A stretch of 64,000 nucleotides of DNA from Octopus bimaculoides (Eukaryota): the NCBI RefSeq assembly GCF_001194135.2, contig NC_068983.1, forward strand, positions 79,521,752 to 79,585,751, given 5' to 3'. Each line of letters opens with the position of its first letter. Position 1 is the stretch's first letter. Of this stretch, positions 40,315 through 51,910 are shown one piece after another. Made by a program: the position numbers and the translations under genes. The notes under the pieces are model-generated. The model was not told the DNA's origin and made no database searches. It saw nothing but the letters and a program-made list of their open reading frames with translations.

Positions 40315-40346
<32 letters not shown>

Positions 40347-40349
<3 letters not shown>

Positions 40350-40545
40350 AATATATATAAGGTACATATATACACACACACACACACATAGATACATGTA
40401 TATATATGCGTCTGTTTATATATGTTCACATATGCATTTGTATATTTCTATATATGTAAATATATATAAGGTACATATATATACACACACACATGCATAG
40501 ATACATGTATGTATGCGTGTATCTATCTATATGTACATACACATG
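40347..40545. repeat. About 109-bp tandem duplication of a TA/CA-rich unit
   Basis: GTAAATATATATAAGGTACATATAT starts at both 40347 and 40456. Confidence 0.8.
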
Positions 40546-42729
40546 TACAAACTCACATGCACACACACATTATTTTGCTTCATTTTAGATTATTGCATGT
40601 GCTTAGCAATGTATGCGTATATGCATAGTTTTACTTTTTATAAACCACAAGTATATGTTGAAAATGGGGAAAAAAATGACTATATCAAATAATATTAGAT
40701 TTAATCATCACTACAATTCAATATGGTGTTTGATAAACATCATGTGCATAAATATTCATCTGCTCTAACAAGAAATTGATAAGGTCAGGCTTGGGAACAA
40801 TACATTTCACTGATGGTTTATATGATGCAACATTGACACACATATTGAGATGAAGCATTGCAATCTTTAACTCAAAGCAGCATGATAATGAAATTATGAT
40901 GGTAACATTCTATATATTCATTAAATTTTTTTTTTTTTTGCCCTTCATTTATCTTTTTTGCAAAGTAATTTTCATATGTAAGGATTGAAATATCTTAAAG
41001 GATTATTTTTTTGTTTTTAATAAATATTAAGAGCTTTGCCATTTAGCTTCATCCTGCTGCCAAAATGTTCATATATGTCCCCTTTTTATTATGGCTTCGT
41101 TAGTTTTAGAGACTGCCATGCTTTACCATATTGCTCTATGATTCCGTTGTGATATTTTGGCTTAAATTCCAGCATATTTGTCCTTCTTTCATATTTTGTC
41201 AAGATTGTAACTTTAAAATAGTTTAGGTGATAGTTTTTTCAGTTAGCCAACACAGTCATTAGTGGTTTTCCATTTCATGGCATTTTAAAACTGTTTATTG
41301 TTGAAAAACACTGCTGTTGTACTACTTTACTCTCTGCTTTTAACTAAAGCTCTAGATTAAATTTTTAGATTCTTATAAAGAACATCAATGTCATATCTGG
41401 TCACTAACTTAGTGTGTCATTATATGGTTGTTGGTAAATTGCTGTAGGCTGACTTACAGTTTAAGTGACTTCAAAAAATTACATATAGGATTAGTAAGAT
41501 GAAGAACATTATAGTTATAAGTGCAGTTATAGAAGTTTAATGTATGTACAGCAGTTAGATGGAAGATACATTTGTATATATTGCTGACCAAACCAACAAT
41601 ATAAAAAATGACAGATAAATAACAGTTCACCATTTTATTAAATAACATTATTTTAATGCCACATGTAAAACTGTATTAATATTTTTGTCTAGTTAACATT
41701 AATTATATTTTTGAATAAAATTTATTTTTCAATTTTTCTTTTGTATGTAATATAATATAATTAAATTCTTTTCAAAAAGAAATGGAGAATTCCTTATAAT
41801 GCTTTTAATAAAACTAAAAATAGTCAGGAATCTCAATAAAAGTTCAATTCATAAGTTACAAAATTCAAAATCAATGCTCTTAAACATAAATCACAAGAAT
41901 TTTATTTGTTGGAACCATTAATAATGATTACATAATTGCTATTCCACCATTAAAGAAAAGAGAAATTATATTTCAACTTTATCTTCCTTCATTATGTTTA
42001 ATACACCTTGTTTGAGGTTGAAATATTCTCTGAATCAAAATGCAAATGTACAGCATGTTTTATGTCCATGTACAAATAAATACTTCTGAAATTGATAAAA
42101 ATGTTGCACTATATACTTTACAGAATCTGTTTCTGTGGTATAATTAATCCATTAACTGATTTTGAGGTACCTCAGCAGAATCCACTGTGCAGCAAGCATT
42201 CAAACTAGGTTCTGTACTCTGATATCATCAGGATCTTTCTCTTGCCAGTTGAAGGCCATGTAAAGAGATCATGGGTGAACTTCTTTCTCTTCTCACTAAG
42301 CCATAAAAAAGAATTAACTAGGTCATACAACTAAGTTGTCAGTTTAAACTTGGCTATTCAGTAATCTAAGTCTGATACAATAAGAATAGTGTACTCGAGT
42401 TAGTTATGTACTGACTATAGCCACTTTTATTTATATATGATCTTACAAGTCACTGAGAGAGTTTTTAAATAGTCGCTTAACTAATGATCAAATGACCCAA
42501 TGGTCAAATCTTCTTCAAATGAAACCCTTCCACTTTAAAAATAGGCATATTTGGTAATATAATCTGGGAAACAAGATGATCATAGCTGGATTGCTTTTGA
42601 TTATAAATCAAATTGATTAAGGTCAACAACAATGTAAAGATATAGTTCTTCAAGAATATATTAATATGTATTTTTTTATTGTTCATTATATTTTTAATCA
42701 TGCTTTTGTAAGAAGAAAAAATTCCTTAC

Positions 42730-43055
42730 TACATGGTTCCATGTTTGGTCTTACTGCATAACACCTTAAGCAAATCTTCTATTATAGTCATGAGCCAACC
42801 AAAGTCTTGTGAAAGGATATAGTAGACAGAAACTGAAAGAAGTCTATTGTGTATGTGAGTGTGTGTGTGTATTTGTCTCCCATGACCACTTGACATCTGT
42901 TGTTGGTTTGTTTGTGTCTATGTAACTCAATTGTTTAGCAAAAGAGACCAATAGCAGTAGGCTTAAAATATATAGGTACCTGAATCAATTAGTTTGATTA
43001 AAAAGCTTCAAGTCAGTACACTGTGGCTACCATCCAGTAACTGAAGCAAGTAAAA
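42730..43055 (+). mobile_element. Old, decayed SINE (GTAAAAGA-tail family)
   Basis: Collinear but diverged relative to 23291; ends CTGAAGCAAGTAAAAGA. Confidence 0.7.
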
Positions 43056-43142
43056 GACAGCAGATAATCTAAGTTTCTAAATTAACTATAATTAAAATAT
43101 GAAGTTATTCTTCACATTGGAGGCAAAATGTCACTGTATACT

Positions 43143-43555
43143 CTTTACTCTTTTACTTGTTTCAGTCATTTGACTGCGGCCATGCTGGAGCACCACCTTT
43201 AGTTGAGCAAATCGACCCCAGGACTTATTCTTTGTAAACCTAGTACTTATTCTATCGGTCTCTTTTGCCAAACCGCTAAGTTACGGGGATGTAAACACAC
43301 CAGTATCAGTTGTCAAGCGATGCTGAGGAGACAAACACAGACACACAAACATACACATATATATATAGATATATATACATATACACATATGCATATATGT
43401 ATACATATACACATATATGTATACATATACACATATACATATACACATATACATATACATATATATATACATATACACATATACATATACATATATACGA
43501 CGGGCTTCTTTCAGTTTCCGTCTACCAAATCCACTCACAAGGCTTTGGTCGACTT
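43143..43555 (-). mobile_element. 5'-truncated SINE (GTAAAAGA tail) with expanded TACATA microsatellite
   Basis: Near-identical to 60805 in tail and body; head replaced by a CTTTGGTCGA duplication. Confidence 0.9.
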
Positions 43556-45789
43556 TGGTCGACTATATTCTAATAGTCAGATCTCTCTCTTGAATCTACA
43601 TTGAATTTGGCTCTTTTCAGTTTACAACTCTACCAACTCCACTTAACTTTACTTAATGCACATGCCACTTTTTCAATTTTTAGACCAAGCATGAAGCTTA
43701 TTCTTCAATCCATTCTTGTTCAAAGTGCAACTCTATAGAAATTATTGCCCACCTATAGTGCCCCACAACACCTATTGACCCTGTATGTGTAACAATTCAA
43801 AATAAACATGAATTGCATTCACTTAACTTATGTATCTTGAAACCTTGTGCTAGAAGGACTTAATAAACTCTGAGCAATGTCTTTCTTGTCGATATAACAT
43901 TGTTTGTCTTTGTCATGCATTATGTTTAATACTTCTGGAATATTTTAACGCCATTGTTCTTATCAAAGACATACCATCTATGACCATCCCATGTTATTTT
44001 CAGGAACTTCACTTGCCAATATGACCTTTCAAGATGTGATTTGAGGGAGATTCTTGCAGCTTACCAACCACATAGAACCACATTCATTGGTTCATTAGTT
44101 GTGGAATTTTCTAATTGATAGATGATGAGAAAGTGGATTAAATGAGTAGATGTATAATAACATCAATTCTGTTGTATTTGTCATTAAAGATTTATTATTT
44201 AGCACAAGCTTTGAACCAAGAGTGTAACTTCACATTGTAACTGTTTTTGAGTGTATGAGCATTTTGTATTGAAAAGACAATAGAGTTAGAATCATGTAAT
44301 TGAGTTATTAATGTCTTTATATAGTTGGTGGTTTGGCCTTTATTGTTAGGGTGAAAGTATTTGAATGATCTACAGTTATGAAGTTGCCTATTTCACTTAA
44401 TGAAGATGCCTCTTGAATTTAAGTATTTTGATTTCTTTGTTCAAATTATATTTGAATGATATATGTCAAAGCTGATTTTGTCATTGAGTAGATTCAGATT
44501 ACCTGTCTCCTTATGTTATGAGAATAACCCACTGGTCCAACATTTGAGACAGAGATATTTTGGTTTACTTTGAATATCAGTAATCAGTTGGTGTCTTAGC
44601 TACTGCTGTCCTGTCTTTTTGATAAAAGATTTAAATTTTATAAAAATGTTTGAAGTTTAAAAATAGAAAATTTGGTGAGAAATATTTGACTTGTCTTATA
44701 TTTATCTTTGCTGACTTTGATAAAGAATAAAAGTATATGCTAAATCATGATGAAAATATAAGACTTCAGTTTTAGATTTTTGGTATAAATCTTATACACT
44801 TATTGGCACTTTGTGTTAAAAATTATAATTTCTGTTCATGAACATTTTCATGTTCTATTCATATTAGACATTATGCATATATTTTGTTTTGTGAAACTTT
44901 ATAAATGTTGTGAACATAAATAAGAAGCCAAGTAAATAACAAACACAACAATGTATATTATATTAGGAATTTTACAAAACTTTATTTCAAACCTGTTTAT
45001 TAGAAACTAATCTATATAAGAGATATATCTCAAACTTGTTGAAATTGTACTTCAATAAATCAAAATGAATTACTTCAAATTGAGTGAAGTAATATGCTGG
45101 TTGCAAATGCATCTATTCATTTTCCCAAAGTCTGTATTTTAACAATATTGAATTTTTTCAAAATAGATATTTGATTCTAACAAAGTATTTTCCATTTTAT
45201 CTTGATTTTCCTATTCCTACTTTAAACTATAAGTGGTTTGGTTTTCCATGTGATATTTAACAGTTGTAATCATGCAACAACTGCAACAAGTTTATTTTCA
45301 ATTAAATCAAATGTATGCATTACATAAAGTATCTTTAGTGTATATTCACTTTGAAAAAATAAAAGTCTTTGTTCTAATTTAACAAGGCTCAAGAAATTCA
45401 GTTGTTAAGGTTTCTTTCAAGTCAGCAAGGTTTGTATGACCAAAACAGAGTTTTGAATAGTTTGTCAGGAGTGAGTGATAGATAAACAGTCCTGACAGAA
45501 CCATAATCTTGAGGTTGAATATATATATATATATTGCTTTGTGTATAAGTTTGTGGGATAGAGCACACAAACACAGGAGTGGTTGTAAGAAGCAAACTTA
45601 CTGGCAAAAATGTTAGATTTAAGTAAATGTGAAACACTAGTAAATGTGAAACACTATATTTATTAAAAGAAAGTTACAGCTTAATAGTTTAAGGGTCCCT
45701 ATAACTTCAAGTTCTGCTTGAGAATTGTGGAGGTAATTCAAGGTGTAATTTTTTGAAATAGTATTTTGTATTAGCACTACTAAGAGGTG

Positions 45790-45975
45790 TTAATCCTTTA
45801 GTGTTTAGGTTATTATATCAAACGTAATGCTTATCCTTGAGATTTCAATGGTATGATTGTTCAATGTAGAATAACCTTGTAGGATAGCTGTGAGAGCCTG
45901 GATCTGGTCAATTTGAACATAAAACAAATGGAAAATTTTGACCAGATATGGCCAGTTTAAATGCTAAAGGGTTAA
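45790..45975 (+). mobile_element. piggyBac-like MITE (family A)
   Basis: TTAATCCTTTAG ... GATATGGCCAGTTTAAATGCTAAAGGGTTAA; homologous to 15928-16148. Confidence 0.75.
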
Positions 45976-46860
45976 AAATCTTTGATATTACATGTAATTT
46001 GTTCACTAATGAAACAAAATGTTTATATGGAAATAATGAACTGTAAAAAATTAATTGAAGAAATAGTTTACAGTAATGAGCTAGGTTGTGATTTCTCTAG
46101 GAGAAATTGCATGAATTCTGATTTAAAATTGAATGTGCCTAACAGTAGATGGGTGTTTCAGTGGATATTTATGTGTATCCAATAAGAGACTAGTCATTTT
46201 ATAGTGATATATAATTTCTTATTCCAGCTTATGCTGTTATAGTATAAGGAACAGAAATTTAAAAGTGTTTATTTTATAAGTATTTTTCAGTATTTTATGA
46301 TAACTATTTTGATTTTACCTGTAACTTACATAATTTACAATGAAACTGACTATGACAATCAAATAGATATACTGTAGTCTTTTCGAGCCAGAATACAGAA
46401 ATTTTCATTGGAAACCAAGAAAAAAATTACTGTATCATTTCCTAATGTTTCACTTAGTTTCTTCCTGCTAGCGCTTATAACTTCTTTACTTGTTCTTTGC
46501 TCACCTATAAATTATTACTTGTGTTTGCGTTTTGTTTTTACTTATTGACTTTTATGTGATAAATTCATAAAAGTTTACTTTTTCCGTGATTTATTCTGTC
46601 GTCTTCTACTTTGTCTTATACTTATTATGTTTGTTTATTTAAACAAACACAACATTCTACTCTTTCCTATACTTTACTTAAGTCTCAACTTTTTACAGAC
46701 ATACAGACACAAATTCTGAAGTATGTATATGCAAGTGTTGGTTCCTACACATGTACACACATTTCATATATTTATGCATTCAAAATATATTTAGCTTATT
46801 GAAAACAAATATTAAAAATAATATTTTATGAATTATGAATTATCCAGGGTTTTGTATGTG

Positions 46861-46907
<47 letters not shown>

Positions 46908-46942
46908 GTGTGTGTATGTGTGTATATAAATATGTATGTATA

Positions 46943-46986
<44 letters not shown>

Positions 46987-48494
46987 CATTTGTGTATAAA
47001 TGTATGTATGTATGTACATATATAACTTAAATTGTATACATTTGATTTTTCAAACGTTTTTTCAATGTATCTGCATTATTATTTCAAGAATTTATAATAA
47101 TGATTGAATTGAATATTTGCATTTTTCATTTCTATGCCATAACATTATATATTTCCAAATTTTTTTCCTATCCCTGAAGTCTTCATGTTCTGTATTTTCT
47201 TACTTTTTGACAAGTGAATATTAAGACTGCTATTTACAATTAACTGTCAAAGGAATCTTAGCTCTCAGAAAACTGCATCAGCTTTACAATATTATAAAGT
47301 CTCCAAAGAATATTTGAGGATTTTCAATTTAATTTTTTTTATTTATTCATAGATATAAATGTATATGTGTGGATGTTCTTTTAAATTCCTTCTTTTTGAG
47401 GTTTTTATGGCATGTTTTTCTCTGATTTGATACATTTGATTGCTGTGTATCAGTTCTATTATTGTAAAATTATTCAAAATTTTAACTGTAATTTTTATTT
47501 AGATTATATTATTTGTAACATGCATACATTTATATAAATATAATCTGATAATAATTAGAAAATAAGCAAAATCTTGTTTCATAATAAGAGAATATTTAGT
47601 TAAAGTGCCTTGTGATAACTGTTCCAGATGTATACGTTCTGAGATCAAATCCTGCTCTGTCAGTGAAAAATTATGTTACTTTTGATAGAAGTTGCAAATG
47701 GCAGAGTGTATCAGCAATTTGAAAACTTAATAGTATCACAAATTCCTTGATTCAGTTGGAAAATGTACAGCCATTGTGTCATCATCATCATCAATTTAAC
47801 ATCCACTTTCCATTCTCACATGGGTTGAATGGAATTTCTTCTGGCAGACTGTCTATGAACAGATACTGTAAGGTAATATTTTACTGACGAAGATAGGAAA
47901 CAAATTGCACTGCTTGAATGATGGTGTCATTTGTTTACAACTATCACATGAAGTCAAAGCAAGAAGACAGTAAATGTATACACAACTTATATTATTAACA
48001 AGCAGAGTGGAGTGAGCAAATTATTTTATTACATAAATTTACAAGTGTTTCATTGGTTTTTGAACTCAAAATTATTGGCATATCATATATATAATATATG
48101 CAACTATAGATTGACGCCGTATCAGTATATTGGTACAATCAAATGCCAGCTCTTTTGAATCTTGTATATCATATATTTGCAGCTAAAATTCAGTTGTATT
48201 GATATAATGATACCTCAAGACTGTAGATGCATATATTATATAGCATAGCAATAGTCTTGAGTTCAAATACCAGTGAAACAATTATAAATTTATATAATAA
48301 AACAATCTGCTTACTCCACCCTCCTTGTATATTAATTCCACAAATATTATGGAGTTTCAGAAATATGATCCATAAAAAAAATCAATGACTGAATTAATAA
48401 TCATACCCAATAACCTCTACATATTGACAAGCTTAAAAGAGTAAACTGCAGAGATTATACCTGAATGAAATTGATATATATTCTTTGAAATATT

Positions 48495-48884
48495 TCAACT
48501 TCAAAGCTGTGGTCATGCTGGGGCACCAGCATTGACTAAGCTACATCATTATTTGAAACCTCCTCTGATATGTGGCATTTAATCAGTCAAGGAGTTTGAT
48601 GCCACTGCTCTCATCTGTGTTTCCTGCCATGAGGTAGGCTTGTCTGGAACCCTTGACAAGAAGAAATCCAGTTTTGTTTTAAAGACACTTGCATCCACAC
48701 CATGCAAGTCTCTCAGGCATTTTGGAATGATATTGAAGAGCTGTGGGTCCTTGAAGCCCAAGCTGTTGCAGTATCTGGTCCTGTATTTTGATGGTGATGC
48801 TGGGATCTTTGACACAATGCAATGGCGCCCCATTCTGCAGTTTGAGTAACTTTTAATACGAAAGTTTTGTACAAGGTCTTCCAT
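48495..48884 (-). mobile_element. CR1-like LINE 3' end (ORF2 C-terminus and 3'UTR)
   Basis: ORF 48579-48884 MEDLVQNFRIKSYSNCRMGRHC...PQLFNIIPKCLRDLHGVDASVFKTKLDFFLSRVPDKP fits the CR1-group LFNxLP..FKxxLDxFLxxxPDxP terminus. Confidence 0.85.
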
Positions 48885-49036
48885 GATTTGTCAGGCTTCT
48901 TTCAATTGCCAAATCACCTTACAAGGCTTTGGCCAGCCTGGACATATTGTAGAAGACGCTTGCTTAAGTTGCTATGCATAGGACTTGAAACCATGTCATT
49001 GAGAAGCAAATGTATTGCCACACAGTCATGCCTGCA

Positions 49037-49039
<3 letters not shown>
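48885..49039 (-). mobile_element. SINE head (GTGGCTGTGTGG type) fused directly to the LINE fragment
   Basis: AGGCATGACTGTGTGG ... CAAGCGTCTTCTAC ... CCAAAGCCTTGT ... GAAAGAAGCC, then LINE coding sequence. Confidence 0.75.
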
Positions 49040-49082
<43 letters not shown>

Positions 49083-49518
49083 ATAAGGGTGGCTTGTTAG
49101 CAATATTTTAACTGAAAGACAAAAATATATGTCACTAAAGTGACTTAGGGAACTAGTCAGCACCAGCATTGATAGAAATAAGAGTCAAAACAAATCCGAA
49201 CCATGATAAGCACTATTTTAATGACTGACAAGAGAAGCAAGGTTCTTCAGCACCAAGTATAGCCAGATCACCAGTAATATCACATTTATATTAATGCTAG
49301 TCAATGGCTCTTACCTGTACCTAGGGTTAAACACAACTTGCTTCATCAGCTTATAAGATTACTGTAGAAATCATATTCTAATTTCATGAATGGTATAAGT
49401 GGAAATTATAAATAATGAGGGTGGCTTGTTAGTAATTTTTGAACCAAAATGCAAAATATATACATCACTAAGGGTACTAGTCAGCACCAGTATCGCTAGA
49501 AATAAGAGTCTATACACA
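49083..49518 (+). repeat. Two copies of an unclassified dispersed repeat (third copy at about 37040-37150)
   Basis: Shared GGGTGGCTTGTTAG ... CTAGTCAGCACCAG ... TAGAAATAAGAGT at 49083-49213 and 49413-49518. Confidence 0.75.
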
Positions 49519-51683
49519 CACTTCTATGTATGTGCACTGATATATATCATGCAACTGAAGAAAGGTTTATTGATACAGTTACAATATTAAAAAAAAATTA
49601 TCTAACCAAATATTTTAATGCATAAATGCATAACTATACAGAAAATTATGAAACAGATCCTGTGCTTTATGTGTGTATCAAAATAGCTGATGACAGATTA
49701 AAGTGCATAGACAAAAATCCTCCTTCAGTTCTCTGTTAATTAATTTTCTTAAGGTTCTTTTAGATAACTTTTAAATTTTAAAGAATTTTTCACATCCACC
49801 TCTACTAACATCTCCCTCCCATCATACCCATTCATTCACCAATCATTTTAGAAAGTATATTGGGATTTTATTGTGGTACCAACATTCGTTGTGGTTAGCT
49901 TGTAAACCATAAACTATGAGTTTGTTGCTCAATGCAGCATAACTGCAATGGGGGATAGAAAAAAAAACCTTGCTATATGGGTAGAAGTAGCAAGAAAATG
50001 ATTATAGAGACAGAGTGATTAGATTAAGAGTGGGGTGAGGAGTGATGGATAGCAATAGAGTAAATGATGGGCATCAGTAACAGGTGACCTGGAGGAAAGA
50101 CAGTTGATTACTGGCAGTATAGAAGGGATGACTAGGAGTATTGGTGCTGCCAATACTCATTATACAGTAAATAGAAGAGAGAGCGAGTCAAGACTGCTGG
50201 TAACAGAGAGATAAGTGATTGAAGGATGCATTATAGGGAGATGAATGGTATAATATGCACATCTTGTGCATGTGTGTGTGTGTATATATATATAGATATA
50301 GATATAGAGAGATAAATAGATAGATAGATAGATAATATATAATAATACATATAATATGTGTATATAATATATTTAGGTTTTATATATATATATATACATG
50401 CATACATATGTTAATTTTATTTTATTGAAATTTAGTAACATTTTTTTAAAGTGTAATCACTATTGTTTTTGTTTTTGTTTTGTTTTGTTTTTTGTTTTTT
50501 CTTCAATTGAGAATTGAAAATGAAAGCAATGATTGATATGAAAATAACTATGTAATGAAATTAAAAATACTCACAAAACTAAACATACAGAGTAAATGAA
50601 GCTATGTAGTTCTGTGTATGTTGTAATTTATTTTATATTGAAACATCAATTTGGGCAAAATGAATGTTGATTGAAGCAATTAACTGAATTGCATATACAA
50701 ATGCTGTAAGGCAGTGATTTTGTTAATTTTAGTTGGAATACAGCAAATTAAAAACTTACGAAGAAAATTTCAGTTATCTGAGAGCAGGCAGATTATTTAA
50801 TCTGTATAAAGAAAAGTTAGAGTTAGAGAGAATTTCTATTTGATGTAAGTCTACATAGTACCCCACCTCCAAACCAAAAAAAAAAAAAGCAAACATTTAA
50901 TTTAAAAAATAATGAAGCTAGTAATGAGGATGAAATGTCTTAATTGAACATTAAGTTTTATATTTGAAGTATAAACATAGATTGTAATAAGAATCTGGTT
51001 TGAAATATTTTCCTGGAAAGCTTCAGTTTTATGTGAATGTTTATAGAGATTGAGCTTAGAGTTCTCTTCACTGGATTGTATTAAATATCATGAAGATCCC
51101 TGCTCTTTGGAAAGAGTCAGTGAGGGAACATCTATGTGATGATTCAATCCATTAGAAAAAACAGCTAAATCTCTCTCTCTCTATCATATCAAATCCTTCT
51201 GTCTTAAAATATATTGAATATAAGAATCCATTACAATAGGTTTGCTCAGCTGTGGTTGACCTGACGTTAAACATAAAAAAGAACTACATTTTCTGAAAAT
51301 CACATGTTGTTATTGACTGCTACATTTAAGTTGTAAAGAATTCAAAAATTGTTGATATCAATAAATCATTTTAGGATTTTTAGGGTGTTCATAGGGGTAA
51401 AGTTTGTGCTTTTGATCCCAGGTCAACCCTAATTGAACAAAGTCATAATCAATGTCACTCCAGCTATGACTACTGCATTTTTTCTATATTTTGCTCTAAT
51501 TTTTCATCTTAAGATGGTAGAGTTGGATCTGAAGGCATTTGGCTGTTATTTCTAGCAGTTTGATCATAAAATCCTTCATTTGATAGTATTTGGGGTTTTT
51601 CACGCATTTCTTAGAATCATAATTTCATTCAGTTTTCAAATTCTGGAGATGTAATACTGTTAGCATGAGTAGTTGCAGATGGT

Positions 51684-51910
51684 GTAACTCCTTTCATAAT
51701 AACTCATCTGATACTGTCCATGGTTCTAAGGAACAAACACACCATTTTAAAGTGATCTACATTAAAACCTTCCATCAAAATTTCATGTTAATTCATCTTC
51801 TTAATACCAGCTTAATTATGGTGAAGTTGTTTTGATAAATTCCTTAATTGTTTTCAAAATTAATTAAAAGGCAAAGTATTTCAACAGAAATATGATAACA
51901 AAAAGGAGAA
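51684..51910 (-). mobile_element. piggyBac-like MITE (family B), reverse orientation, ends decayed
   Basis: Interior AAAACCTTCCATCAAAATTTCATGTTAAT and TTTTCAAAATTAATT are the reverse complement of the 7054 copy's interior. Confidence 0.55.

Noticed and set aside
44001-44115. DLREILAAYQ peptide, vaguely TMEM231-like
   Set aside because: The DNA matches the GTGATTTGAGGGAGATT repeat also seen near 52515; repeat-derived.
50136-50158. Perfect 9-bp hairpin GAGTATTGG-TGCTG-CCAATACTC next to CTAG on minus
   Set aside because: Spacing does not fit a Helitron 3' end, and a 9-bp stem is expected by chance in 64 kb.
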